DNA from: Ostrea edulis
Lineage: Eukaryota
Length of the DNA: 64,000 nucleotides
Reading direction: 5' to 3'
Assembly: GCF_947568905.1 (NCBI RefSeq)
Contig: NC_079165.1
Span: 67,642,001 to 67,706,000, forward strand
The notes beneath the pieces were generated by a model. That model did no database searches. It was not told the DNA's origin and saw only the letters and a program-made list of their open reading frames with translations. The first letter of the stretch is position 1; each line of letters starts with the position of its first letter. The position numbers were made by a program, and so were the translations under genes. Positions 23,626-37,489 of this stretch are shown in pieces.

Positions 23626-23630
<5 letters not shown>
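23453..23630 (+). repeat. Dispersed repeat/satellite monomer fragment (second copy 28480-28675; 28405-28445 matches about 63955-63990)
   Basis: gacgaatttg.ctcca...actgaagagacatt..tgtcgaaatg.gcatctg.tgcatc.aaattggtac shared between copies; resembles bivalve Helitron-associated repeats from memory. Confidence 0.65.

Positions 23631-23712
<82 letters not shown>
23630..23712. repeat. Compound (CA)n(TA)n microsatellite
   Basis: Direct reading. Confidence 0.95.
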
Positions 23713-23715
<3 letters not shown>

Positions 23716-23814
23716 TTGACTTTTGATATTAAAAAATCATTTGCAATGAACTTAGCCATATCTTTGTATAGATTGTTTTGTGTTTTATTTTAAATTCATA
23801 TTAAGAAATAATGC

Positions 23815-24010
23815 ATTCAACTCCGTTTACCTGATCAGGATATAGGGCTCACGGCGGATGTGACCGGTCGACAGGGAATGCTTACTCCTCCCAGGCACCT
23901 AATTCCATCCCTGGTGTGTCCAGGGGTCCGTGTTTGCCCAAACTACCTATTTTGTATTGCTTATAGGAGTTTTGAGATTGATCACTGTTCGTTATATTCG
24001 CCTTTCATTC
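23815..24010 (+). mobile_element. Penelope-like 3' UTR fragment
   Basis: Conserved UTR. Confidence 0.85.
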
Positions 24011-25689
24011 AAGAAAATAATGTATGCATAGATTGATGTAGCCTTATAGAAAAACATAAATTCTTTGAAAATCCGGAGAATCACTTCGGTTTTGGATTCT
24101 ATAGATTTATAAGACGCATGTGCATTTTCAAAAACAAAATCAGTTTTATACACACTTGGTCTTGAACAAATTATTTAGACAATTAAGATATAAGATACCA
24201 TAATATTTCTTTTTACGTGCGGATAAGGCCGATGTGCTCTTCTTACCGTACCCAGTTCTTTCTGTTTGCTTTCATCTTAAAAAAGCATGACCATGCGACA
24301 ATATAAATTAGAAAATTTGAACAACAAAGGTAATTCCAACTACCAAAAATAAGATTTCTTCGCTTTGATAAATGAATTTTATTATACTTTATACATTTTA
24401 CTATTAGTATTAAAAAGTTTTGAGCATAATGAAATACCAGATGGTTTTGATTTGATGATTTTGTCAAAGTGAAGAGCTATGGCCGTAGGTGGTTTTGATG
24501 TAGGCCTATAAAATTCGATTTATTCTCCCGAGGTTATTTCTAAAATTTACAACGTATCAAGACTTTTGCTTACTAAATCTCAAATATTGTGAAGTGCAGG
24601 CTTTTATGCTTACCGTTTTCCGTGCTTCACACACTCACTCCCACTGATGATATTTACTTGCAGACTTGTGATGATAGCAAACACAACAATGTGTTGGGCG
24701 TATTTAAACAATGATCTATTGAATAAAGACAAAATATCCCTCCTCATTTTATGCTCTGACACCGAACTGCTCCGATAATGACTCAAAACTCTACTTCATC
24801 CAAATTCACACATATTTCACGATTTTGTAGATTGGTGTATTCACACACTTCCTTGATTTCTTTGTGTACTCTAAATTACTTCAGAGTCTCTCATCTGTTT
24901 GATGGAAGTCACATTTGTTTCATCGAGGGATTAGATGATTAATTTACAGCTTTTCTATTGTTCGAACAAGTCATTTTTCGCAGCCTGAACAATTTGACTT
25001 TCGAAGATTGAATAAGTTTTTCCCCTTCAAAGTATGAACAAATCTATTTGGAGCTGACGGATTTCACTGGCATGTTATTGTTACAGAGGTCTCTTATATT
25101 TCTCAGACGTTTGTAAGTAGATAAGAGTAAATCATTTTTAATCACATGATTTGCGAAAATATAATATATTTTTCTTGATTTGACGATCTTCATCTTTTAC
25201 TTCACTATCACTTTCAAACACTTCTAAAACTAAATGAAGAATATGTAATTATTGCAAGCAGCTCTATTTCGATATTTCATTATGTGTTGTAGGGGGTCAG
25301 ATTGCATAATCATACCTATGTGATACATATGTTCTTGTATTTTTGTTTTCGACTCATTCTGACCCCCACTAGCGATTCTGTTATATACCTTCCTCATTTT
25401 CAAAATAAATGACATTTCTTCAATTCACATAACTGTCCTGTTTTCACTGCCTTTATCAAGTAACAAGCAAAGGCTACTTGGCAAGTCATATTAACTAAGG
25501 AACATAAAATAATCTTCGACTTTGCATGACAACGACCACCACCGTCGCCTCATCGCAACAAACCTAGTGTAATAGACCCCTACTGGGCAGTCTGTACCAT
25601 AAATCTTCACCATCGTCGTCAACGATATATTTCTATAAACTTCATTTTTTTCATAGTAGAAGGGTGAAGAAAGAGTGAAGAAAACGAAC

Positions 25690-26165
25690 ACCGATCAATC
25701 TCATAACTCCTTTAAAGAATGCAAAATTAAGAGATGGTCGAACACGGACCCCTGGACATACCAGAGATGAGACCAGGTGCCTAGTAGGAGTAAGCATCCT
25801 CTATCGACTGATCACACCCACCATTAGCCCTGTATCTTGATCAGGTAACAGAGTAATCCGTAGTCTAATTCAGTGTGTAAAACAACAGCCTAAGAATTGG
25901 TACGAAACACATCAGACAACATTTGACCCAATGATGAAAGGCGAAGATAAGGAACAGTGACCAATTTCATATGATGTATTGGCAAACTAGATCGTTATAG
26001 CGAGCATAGAATTTCAGAAATGCTGATTTTAATCGAGACTGTTGAAACCTCTGCAACATTAACTTGTTTGTCAGTAGATTGCTTCGATCTAAAACTGATC
26101 ATACATAGAAGAACGTTTTACGTATCGAATCAGCTTAGAGACATAAACATCATATGTAGGTGATA
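25690..26165 (-). mobile_element. Penelope-like 3' fragment with a nested tail piece at about 25935-25972
   Basis: Conserved UTR and RT C-terminus on the minus strand. Confidence 0.8.
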
Positions 26166-28139
26166 ATAGACTATAGGGACTGTTAGCCTTAGTACGTAAG
26201 TCCTCAAAAGTTACGCTTCATACTTTACAATTTATAGAGACCTTAGAGCTGTTGATGCCATGTCGATACTAAAGTCACGTGATTCGGTAAAAAGATGGAG
26301 GTCTAGACGATCTTTTTGCGTATCGTTAGGAATATAATTTATGAATTGATAGGGTAGGTAATAGTTTATAGTGGTTAGTAGGGTTATGAACTTATAGAAA
26401 CTAGTTGATGAAACATTTCTAACATTAAGATCTGTAATATTTTTTCGGATGTGCAGTTTCCAAGCATCAAACATAATGTTTTATATTGTAATTAATACCT
26501 TTGTGTCCTCTGAAACTAATTCGTTGTTTCTCTTGAAGTAATTAGAATCTGCACAATTCCTTCTTTGGATGTTCAAGCTGATATTTTGTAGCGGTGAACG
26601 CCCATTTTATGAACACAGAGCACAATAATTTGCAATTTAAACACTAATTAGTTTGCTTTTATATCATTTACCAAGTTTTGCAGTCTGTAAAAGGTAACGA
26701 TTTTCAGGCTATGATAACCAAAAATCTAAGAGCATCAAGGATTTAGCAAGACAGCGTTATGAATAGAGGGCAAATCTCCAATAGTAAACAACCTCTATAA
26801 TATTGATAGGCCTATAGTGTAACTTAGCCTATATCAAATAACATTATTTGTTCATTTACTAGATATTAGATGGGAAAGTAGCAAACTTCCGCCAGAGTTC
26901 GTTGGCTTACAAACCAAACTCTTCCATTTAGGCATTATGGGATAGCGATTTCCTAGGCCGCGTTTACTGTGTGACGTCACTGTAGAATGACGAAAAAACA
27001 TAACGTCAAACGTAACAACTTTCAAAACAAGAAAGTAAACATTAAGTTAATTAATTTACACAATAATTTGAACAGTCTCCCTACTTTTTAATGATCTTTT
27101 GATCATTTTATGTTTAAAATAAAATCCATACTTTTATAGTAATGCATCTTCAAACTTTTAACTACGAACTACTTCATTAGTGTTATTTGCCTGCGTGATA
27201 ATCGCGGACTCACAATATACAAATCTGTATATTGTAGTGCGTCACATAGGAGAGGTATATTCGTAGGTGACGTATCGATGCCTTGACGGGGAGTTTGGGG
27301 AAAGTAGTGCGGTAATATGTGACGTCATACTTAAAGAAATGTACGTTCATAAACGAGAGCAACCGTGATTTGAGTACCTCTAGTGAATAAATGGCGATCA
27401 TGTAACCACCGAAATGGCACCAGTAACTGTAAAAAATTCCCATATACGACAGAAAGCGATCATTTCTATTGGATGAGTGATCGCTTTCAATCATGTTGAA
27501 TATTATATAACTCATATAACTCATTGCTAGACAGAAAACCATTTCTAGCACATGCGAAACCTCCGTCCATTTGCTTTGGGAAAAGCTATGCAGGTAAGGA
27601 CTTGTAGTATTTTTTGTGAATATTTTAAAAGACGGAGTTCTGAATGTACACATGGCGAAATTGTTTGTTGATGTAGTCAAGTCTGCGATATGTTTGCAGT
27701 ACCTAAAATTTAAGACACCAGAGCTTAGTACTTAAGCCAAGGTTAAAAATTAGGTATAACTACGAAATTATTACCCGTGATACACAATCGAAAGCGGTTC
27801 AAAAATCTAGTTGTAATCAGTTTAATATTGATTTGATTATATGACAGTCGGTTGTTTCATATACTTGGTACTATTGTAAGGTGACCATTTATTTTTGCAG
27901 CTGTTGGATTTCAATTCCAAGGCACTGTATTTCCTGCGTACAAAGTGATGTGCAAGATGCAGAGTAATTGTGCTCTACCATTATTTGAATAAAATATATC
28001 AATTTTAAACATCTCAGCAAATAAGAAGGAACGTTTCACTATTTTTTGTTTGGGACCAAAAATATTGTTAAAATGTCTGCCATTTAGGCGAAAATGATAA
28101 AATCTATATGCATGGCAAAATACATTTACAAAAAAGGTG

Positions 28140-28400
28140 AAGAATATCAACAGTTATAAATCGGATAACTCCTATAAGGAATACAATATTAAGAGTTGGG
28201 CAAACACGGACGCCTGAACATAACAGAGGTGCAATGAGGTGCCTAGGAGGAGTAAGCATCCCTGTCAATCGGTCACACCCACTGTGTGACCTATGTCTTG
28301 ATAAGATAAACAGGGTAATCTGTAGTCTAAATCAGTGTGCCAAGAACGGCCTAAAAATTAGTATGAAACACGTCAGACAGCATTTGACATAAGGACAGGT
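28140..28400 (-). mobile_element. Penelope-like 3' fragment
   Basis: Conserved UTR on the minus strand. Confidence 0.8.
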
Positions 28401-29014
28401 TACAGATTCTCTGAATTTAAGATCTTTAAAAATAAGTTAATACGAATGTATATTTAGAAATTCATTTCACAATTGAGGATTATATCTCCCTCATGCATAG
28501 CTCTGATGCTTGGACGAATTTGGCTCCAGTTTTCCTTTTAGCTCTTAGAAGTTTATTATTATTTTTATTATTATTTCGAATTTCTAAAATTTCGGCTTGA
28601 ACATTACTGAAGAGACATTATTGTCGAAATGAGCATCTGTTGCATCGAAATTGGTACCGTATAAGTTTTACATTCAGGTCCTCATTTTCAACTGTATCAG
28701 CATCATCAGTAATGACATGCGCAGCTCGACTATGGCTTAAAGAAGACGAAGATCAAGAACACGTAGGTGGATTATGTATATGATGGTCTATTTCTAGGCG
28801 CTGTAAAGTTGGGTTTTTTGTAATTCAAAAGTTTTGATGCAAAAAGTAGAAGTATATTTGTAGTAAACACAGAGTTTAGCCTTAAACTTGAAAAATGCTG
28901 GAATACAAGACATCATTTTTTATGACAAAATGTTTTGCTGATGACGACGGCAGCTATTCCTTTGTTAGTAAAGTTAATTTAAGGAAATAACGGTATGATT
29001 CAGGAGAAATATTA

Positions 29015-29275
29015 TTACATTGGGTCAAATGCTGTGTTTCATACCGATTGTTAGGCCGTTCTTAGCACACTGATTTTGACTACATATAACTCCGTTTACC
29101 TGATCAAGATACAGGACTCGTAGCGGGTTTTACCGGTCGATAGGGGATACTTACACCTCCTAGGCATCTGATCCCACGTCTGATATGTCCAGGCGTCCGT
29201 GTTTGCCCAACTCTCTATTTTGTATTGGTTATAGGAGTTATGAGATTGATCATTGTTCGTTATCTTCGCCTTTCC
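29015..29275 (+). mobile_element. Penelope-like 3' fragment
   Basis: Conserved UTR. Confidence 0.8.
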
Positions 29276-29799
29276 TCATCCATAGCCAGCGGTGGTTTAA
29301 AGAGCCTGTGATGTCCAAGAATACATTGCGCGCGCAAACACGCAGATACATACACACAATATTGAATTTGGTATACGTTGAATATATCTATAATTCCTGT
29401 GTTATTATAATGTAGGATAATGAGAATATGGAAAATCAAACATTTGCTTGGCGTAAAGTCGTGTATCTTCTTTGAATTGAAAATTCGGAATTTTCTTGAT
29501 CCAAATATCAGACAATCAAGAGCAATGATGGTGTTGATACAAGAATATATAGATGCACAATTGTATGAACGCTTACTAAATCAACGTTGACTTTAATGAC
29601 TAATTTTTGAGATCTCAATCGAACACAAAACGGATTTAGAGTGTGTAAAACAGAAACCAATATCCATTGATTGCATCAAAGAAAATGAGGAGATGGTGCA
29701 TTTAGCTTTTTTTTTTTTTTTTTTGAATTTCTTTCGTGATAAGTATGCTTACTAGTATGATATATGAGTAATTCTGAATCCATCATAGGCTCTTTAAAT

Positions 29800-30750
29800 A
29801 GTGCGGATTACGGATGATGATCCTTCCGAATTACGCCTTCTGGTCTTTAAACTTAAATTTACTAACAAAAAAGTAAATGCTCTCAACATAAATAACATCG
29901 TCATAAAAAGTTCATTCCATCATACTTCAAGTTCAAGTCTACAACTTGTACTTCCTACAAATATAAATTCACAATTGCATGGGATCTTTTTAATTACAAA
30001 CTTTATAGTCTCAAGATATAGACTATGTTATACAAATTTTACTTACATCTTTGAACTTTAGTTTACCTGGACATATATTTACTGTTGATATAGTTGAAAA
30101 TGACGACCTCAAGTCAATTATCTTAAAAGATCCAAAATTCAGAGAGCTCCGATCGTTCAATTGACGACAAAGCTTCATCTCTATTATGAATTCTGTCGAA
30201 GATTATGGCAGATGATGGGCTAAATACGAAAAACTTGACATTTTGTCAGAACGGATACAAACTATAAGTGCAATTTCAAAGTATTGTATTAGACACTTTA
30301 AAACAAAAGTGTGTATTACCTATTCTTCTGTATTTGATAAACCAGAGGTGATGAAAGACTTAGATATTGAAGCTGACAATGCTTGTAACAACATTGTTTT
30401 TGTTTGTAAGGCCCATCAGTACAACTGTATTTTAAACGAACTTGACTTTAATTCCACTTTTGGTAATCCAAGTTACATTGTTTGTTTAAAACACATCTCA
30501 TATTCCAGTCCATGGAACGAATGACTATGAATTACCTTATCTATATTGGATTCCAAAACTACCCCAATACCCTTACAGAGATACATTGCATGTGACCAGT
30601 CAACAGTGAATGCATACCCCTCCTAGGCAACTAATGTCATCTCTGGTGTGTCCAGGGATCCGTGTTTATCCTTCTTATAATTTTGTATTCTTTATTGGTA
30701 TTCTTTTTAGGAATTATGAGATTAATCACTGTTTACTATCTTCACTTTTC
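29800..30750 (+). mobile_element. Internally deleted Penelope-like element keeping the pre-RT region and 3' UTR
   Basis: KDPKFRELRSF, IMNSVEDY and ADNACNNIVFVCKAH.YNCILNEL..NSTFGNPSY, then the UTR at 30610-30750. Confidence 0.7.
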
Positions 30751-31254
30751 CATCAGTCGCCGAGTTCGTCAAACGACATGGCAAATTCAAACATTAAATG
30801 AAATGCTACAGGCAATGTTTCAGGAGTCGCAACAACATGAAATTCGACGTCTGATCAAAGGTTTAAGATGCTCAGAGTCGGTCATTCGTATCCACGGAAG
30901 TTACGCTGGATACTAAAACATCTATTTAGATATGCTAACCTTATCAACTTCATTTCATTCATAATAGACATTTGAATAAATACATAGAGGCATCGTTGTC
31001 TACTTAAAGTTTTACTCAAAACATTTTCTCATCTTTGAAAAATAATGTCAATGAATGTATTTACTGATGTGTTTTTTTAAACGATTTTAAAGATCAAGTG
31101 ATGATATTAAAAAGATAACGTCAAACATGAAAATTGTTATTCATGTTATAGTTTTGAATTAATCATCACACTTAAATTAAGATAGAAAAGCTAGTGTTGA
31201 ATATTTTCCCATATACATTTGTAGATATATATCCATGTTCCGCCTCGAAGCTTT

Positions 31255-31565
31255 AGTCAAGTTTTAAACAAGTTTAAGGCAGGGATCTTTTTCTAGCCGA
31301 CAAAGGTTTTACTATTCATGATCAGTTGCCACAAGATGTTTCTTTGAACATATTTATTTTTCATCAACATGTGATGAGTTTACGCCCCAAGAAGCAGCAC
31401 TATGTTTCAAGATAGCAAGAGTCCGTACTCATGTTGAAAAAGCAAATGAGGGTATCAAGAACCATAAAATTCTCCGTCACATTCCAGAAATATACACACC
31501 TATATCAACAAATATTTTCCAACTTTGTAGCTCTCTTGTAAAATTGCAAACACCCCTTTGAAAGA
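31255..31565 (+). mobile_element. ISL2EU/Harbinger (DDE_Tnp_4-type) transposase C-terminal fragment
   Basis: DLFLADKGFTIHDQLP..SLNI, then after a frameshift EFTPQEAALCFKIARVRTHVEKANEGIKNHKIL...CSSLVKLQTPL. Confidence 0.75.
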
Positions 31566-31699
31566 AACAACTTGATTCAATTGTTATTTCATCATCTCAG
31601 ATGATAAGATATTTTATCTCGTGTCTCATTTTCAACTAGGAAAATCTTTTGCTGATTAGTTTTATGACATGTTCACATATAAATGATATACAGTGGTGA

Positions 31700-31930
31700 A
31701 AAATCTCCGGTCAGTAGCTAAGCTCTGTGGTATCATTTGTATCCTTAGGCAAGTTACTTAACTCTATCGGTACACCCTCTTCACTTAGGGGATAAACTGG
31801 CTACTTGTCATGTTAGACAAGCTGGCTATGTGGATGTAAAAGCATTTACACCGTATACGGCAGCTCTGCTTCTATGTTCCCTTGAATTATTTCAGGAATG
31901 AAAATGTTTTAAAAAATCATATCGACTTTG
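31700..31930 (+). mobile_element. Degenerate CORE-type SINE
   Basis: tatccttaggcaagttacttaact resembles the CORE/MIR motif tgtgaccttgggcaagttacttaacc. Confidence 0.6.
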
Positions 31931-32814
31931 CAATGGGTTTTTTTTTTGGTCAACTCGGAGTCCTTCATGATCCAAACAATTTGACACTCTACTCTAGTCG
32001 AAATAATCAAATCACAGCAGCTATTGTTGTATAAATGGAGCTAGCCTTGTATCTAGTGATAGTAGGGATAGGTTGACTTGAGGCTCTGCAATCTAAAAGC
32101 AACAAGAAATTTCTAGATCTACATATTGAATAACAAAACAGTATTAATGAATAAACTGGACAAAAAGTAAACCAACAAAAAGCACATAGATTACAAAAAG
32201 CACCATTAATATCTTATCGATACAATGTATATATATATATATATCCAATATACAAAGTATTATATACGTGTATTTACCAAGATAAAATACGTTTAGACTG
32301 CATTGCATCATCTATTGTTAAATCTGCTACATGTGATTGAGAGGACACTTCATTTCAAGTACGTGAAGCACAGCAAATATCGAGCTTCTGGATTATAGAA
32401 ACTTTGCATCACATGTTGGTGGTTGTATGGCTAGACCATCTGAAGATGACCCTAAAGCTCCAGTTAGTGACGCCAAATCCCTCCTTAAATTCTTATCTGT
32501 TTACTGATATGAAAAGACGAGGTGAATTCTGGACACCAATAATTCGAAATTTACGTAATGAATTGTTGAATATCTATAGAAATATTAATAAATTCTTGAT
32601 ATATCGGTAACTCCATAACGAAAAATCTGAGGGAAATACATTACAATATTTAATACCAAAAATAAGAAATCTCAGTTTCAAAAAGACTACATATGATTCC
32701 TTGCACCAAATATCATCTATTTAGCATAAAGAAGTAATAAGCAGTGAAATGGTACACGACAGCAAATAAATGAAATATGTTTGATTCGATATATAATAAA
32801 GAAACCTAACTTAC

Positions 32815-35567
32815 CATTCATTCCATTTCAACTTCAGACATGCCACTTTGGGGTTTGCTGTAAGAGTTGTGATACACCTGTTTGTTTGTGTTTTTGCCGA
32901 TTTCAACCCTCGGGTGAATTCCAGATTGACCGTCAGATCTAAAGGTGGTAAAAAAATGGTGGTGAACAATGTCTTATGAATTGAAATTTGGATAACATGT
33001 ACGCTATTTAATCTTGGAAAATCAATGTTAAGATAAAAAGAGATTTATCCGAAACTACACGAAGTTTTAGTCATGGATGCTTTGTGAGGATAATCAGAAT
33101 AAATAAATGGAATGCCCTATCATTCAATTCTAATAGCTACGGAGGCATCGTAAACTAGACACAGCATAATATGAAAAGACAGAAATGGTATCTTAAATGA
33201 ATAGTTATTTATCCGTATAATGTCCAGTGAAGCCACTTGTTCATTTCAAGCACTAGTTCAACTCGTGTATAATTATTACCCGGATTTCATGTCATGATAT
33301 TTAATGTTGACATCTTTTTATTTCTAGGGAATATGATTTATCAGCTACAAAGACTAAGTGAGACGGTTATATAAACGGAAATATTATAAATACTTGTTTG
33401 ATTTACTTACCTTTTCCCATGTACATGTACTTGATTTGATGGATATATAGAATTCGAAAGCTGCCATTGAATAACTGGATATGTTCATGTGATAGTTTTC
33501 TCCATTGAAAATAGTTTCTAAATCTAGTTTGAGAATTGCTACGTATATCATTTCTACATATGAAAACTTTCAAGAACCTACCTATGTTGTCAGGTTTATA
33601 CATTGTCACCTTTAAAGGACACATTTCGTGTTTTCAAAGTATGCAGAATTATATGCATTTTGTCCTCCTTATGCTTATAGAAATTAATTGTAATAGTATT
33701 GCGATAATTAGCCACAATACGGACTTAAATCTATGCCCTGATTTCAAAAAGCCCAGTGAATTAGATAGGTAGACACATGGTACAGTGACGTCATATGCGA
33801 CCTTCGTCTATCAACTTGTAGTAAAAGTAGTGTTAGATATTTTTAAAAACTCAGGTTTTGGGGGCCTAATTTATCTACCATGGATACCATTTATTTCGAT
33901 GTTGACAGATTTTTTGAGTCTTATATCTTTTAGCCACCAGTGCATACAAATAGCGACCCAAATGTAGCGAGGAAAGCGATTATGAAATCTGCATTTGCGA
34001 GTAAATAATATTTACATGGGATCACTGTGTAAACACTATTTGGTAATGCTATTTCTGTAAGCCACTGTAATTAGCGTTGTTGCTTTTCTAAAATGAACAG
34101 TGCAATTATTATTAAATTTATTTTTGGAGAAGATAGATAGGTCTAAATTATGATACGATTAAGTATCATTGACAACTAGGCCTACTGTCACGGGTGCATT
34201 TCGAATTTTTTTTTAATAAAAATGATCTTATCGTGAAAATCACAATACTTTTAAATTATTTTATTCAAGCAATTTTATTAATCATTATTTTATCTACACG
34301 TTGTGACTTAGGACGTGGGAGCGCGGCCTGCTGTTGTTGTTACGTGTACGCGTTCCTTGAAAAAAAAAATGAAAACATTATAATTTAAATCAAAGTTGGG
34401 AAATATCATATTTTATTATTTATAATTGAAAGTTCAAGATTTGAATTTCATCGCTTTCAAACTCGAAAACTACGCAAACTGTTTCATTAAAAACACATGT
34501 AAAGTAGTTTTAGGCATGAAATGAATTAAATTTGCTGAAAAAATTTAAAAGTTTAGAAACATGCGATGTGTCCTTTAAGACGACTTTTCTGTACATTAAA
34601 ACTTCTTTATCATATAAAAAGGTGGAATTGTTCATGTGATAATTTTCTCCATTGAAAGTAGTTTCTAAATTTAGTTTGAGAATTGCTACGTATATTATTT
34701 TTTACATATGTAAACTTTCCAAAACCTGCCTATATTGTCAGGTTTATACATTGTAACCTTTAAAACGACTTTTCTGTACATTAAAACTACTTCATCACAT
34801 AGAAAGGTGTTGAAATGACAGAAGAGAAGTAAAGGGAAATAGAAGTGGATGGTTTTTTAGTCAATGCAAAAGATGATATTTTGACAAAAAGGAAGAAAAT
34901 CATTAGTGAAATAAAATATCAAGTTCACATTTTGTTACTATGAAACATTATTGGAAGACAACATTGAAAACAAAAGATATCCAAGAATGAGCCTTTTGTA
35001 TGCATTTAAACTTTTGTACTTTTCACTGAAATATGAAATGCGTAATACATGCAGGAAACTGAATCAAATTTGGGCTTTTCATAATCATTTGGACATACAA
35101 AAGGTGTTGTTTGGTGCAGCATCACTTTCCGGTTTTATGGAGTTTTGAGTCGACTTCAAGTGGTTTCCGGCTTTGGTTTTTGTAGAAAAAGTGGATGCTG
35201 TAATAGAAAATAGATATATATTTTTATTATCAATGTGGAATATACCAGTATCTCTTATACTTAAAGAGATATTTTTGATCAAATAAGATACATCATGTAA
35301 AAAATATACCCTGGGAAGAGAATGAAATCATCTTTATAATGATCAAAGACATGTTTATCTTTTAAAGCGTTTATTTCACTTTGGAGTTTTTCATCATTAG
35401 AGAAATATCCCTAGACGGATTTCAGAAAGAGGGAACATTATAGGTGAAAGATACATTTTTCTAATTGAAAACTATATTTCATGAGAAACATTCACATTGA
35501 CTTTAACATAATTTCACCATGATTTTTTTTTATTAATACTTACCTATGACAATTGGCGAATTGATCA
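32815..35567 (-). other. Candidate orphan exon chain Z2 (duplicate of Z1)
   Basis: Exons 35544-35567, 35099-35197, 33411-33474, 32815-33003. Same lengths, same splice sites and open frame as Z1. Confidence 0.4.
33616..34574. mobile_element. Non-autonomous DNA transposon with TTAA TSD (Kolobok-type), 959 bp
   Basis: TIR aggacacat (9 bp perfect, about 23 bp imperfect); ttaa at 33612-33615 and 34575-34578; empty sites cctttaaaacgac at about 1600 and 34757. Confidence 0.85.
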
Positions 35568-36044
35568 CTGAATATTTTTATCAATATTTTAATGATTAGT
35601 GAAATAATTTTGATTTCGTTACCCAATCACCATTTTTTATAATACTAGGTAAGCATATTTCATTAATGCTATTTTATCGATTCATTATCTTCCATTAAGT
35701 ACATACTGCAATTGCAGGTTTAGTATGGATGATTGTGATGATGGGTTCAGAATTTTGGTGTAATAAGTGTTGGTACATGTTCTTAAGACCTCGCCAATTT
35801 CCACACAAAAATTATCAAGCAGTAAAATGGAAGGAAAGAATGAAAATAAACATACAAGAATGCTAAGGGGAAACGAATATTCTTTACAAATTATAGTGCT
35901 AGATGTAATCCGCGCTAAATTATGTTTATATCCGCATGGGTTGGATTGAAATTCAAATTTGTAAAGATGGTCGATAACAGAATTGTGATTATTGCTTTTA
36001 AATGAATATAAAATCACATTTGTATTTTGTTTTCTTCAGTGGAA

Positions 36045-37160
36045 AAGTCATATTTCATTCATATGTCGATTCAATATATCCCAGTGAACTCAAAATAAAA
36101 AACACCACAGAATCGTCCACTTCTCCTTCATACTTAGATATTTTATTGAAGGTAGATATCAACGGCAAACTAACAACTTGCCTTCATGACAAACGGGATG
36201 ATTTCAACTTCTCCATCGTTAACGTCGCATATTCATGTAGCAATATTCCATTATCACCTGCATATGGTGTTTATATCACTCAACTGATTCGATATGCAAC
36301 AGCTTGTTCTGCGTATGGTCAATTTTTAATTCGAAGCAGGCTACTGACAAACAAATTGATGGTGTGTGGGTTCCAACAGTTTCGTTTAAAGTCAGCATTT
36401 CGCAAATTCTATGGTCGTTATAACGATCTAGTTTACCAATACAACCTATCATTGGGTCAAATGCTGTCTGACGTGTTTCATGCCGATTGTTAGAGCGTTC
36501 TTAGCACACTGATTTTGATACCTCCGTTTACCGCATCAAGATATAGGGCTCCCGGCGGGTGTTGCCGGTCGACAAGGGATGTTTACTCCTCTTAGGCACA
36601 TGATCCCACCTCTAGTATATCCAGGGGTCCGTGTTTACCGAACTCTATTTTGTATTGCTTATAGGAGTTATGAAATTGATCACTGTTAGTTATCTTCACC
36701 TTTCATTTCATAGATAGCTCCTCTCAGATAATCAAGTGTTCCTCCAAACTTTCTATTATATCATAATGCGTTTATTGCTATATTAATCGGAAAAGGCTAC
36801 TGACAAACAACTTGATGTTAGAGCGGTTTCAATACTCTCGTTTAAAGTCAGCATTTCTTAAATTCTATGGCCATTAGAATGATCTACTTTGCAAATACAA
36901 TCTATCATTGGGTCAAATGCTGTCTGACGTGTTTCATGTCGATTGTTAGGCCGTTCTGGGCACACTGAATTCGAATTCGGATTACTTCATTTACCTGGTC
37001 AAAACATAGGCTCACGGCGGGTCTGACCGGTCAACGGGGGATGCTGAATTCTCCTAGGCACCTGATTCCAACTCTGGTATATATGTTTGCCCATCTCTTT
37101 ATTTTGCATATTTTATAGATGTTATGACATTGATCACTATTCTTTATCTTCACCTTTCAT
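36045..37160 (+). mobile_element. Two partial-tandem Penelope-like 3' fragments
   Basis: ORF 36002-36493 (RT C-terminus, ...SDVFHADC*) plus UTR to 36710; a second shorter copy at 36790-37160. Confidence 0.85.
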
Positions 37161-37489
37161 GAGAACGAATCCCACCCCAATTAGGATAATCTGACGAAAT
37201 TTGGGTAAATTTTGTGTTTGATGTGCTCCTTCCCTACATGTTCCATTCAATCTGTAAGGTCTATAAATTTACGAAGCTTCTTTTTATTCTAGTGAAAATA
37301 ATATCTAAATGTCAATGTCATTTTATGTTAATTTATTATGCAATATTTTAAGCTATGGGTTTATTTCTTATTTCTAGCTAGGACAATTTTGATCAGCGTT
37401 TTCTCTTAAACACCGAATTCAGCATGCAGACCTTAACTTATACGTAACAACCAAACAAGGTTCAAAGTATTGTGCATCATGTATTCTAA

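Noticed and set aside
23602-23793. ORF with THTHTH/YIYIYI runs (also 4613-4846 ERERER)
   Set aside because: Translation of microsatellites.
24700-25230. Decayed coiled-coil/TRIM-like ORF on the minus strand
   Set aside because: Too many stops and no diagnostic motif.
27210-27680. 156-aa minus-strand ORF as a gene
   Set aside because: No recognisable domain, splice context or paralog; TTG start.
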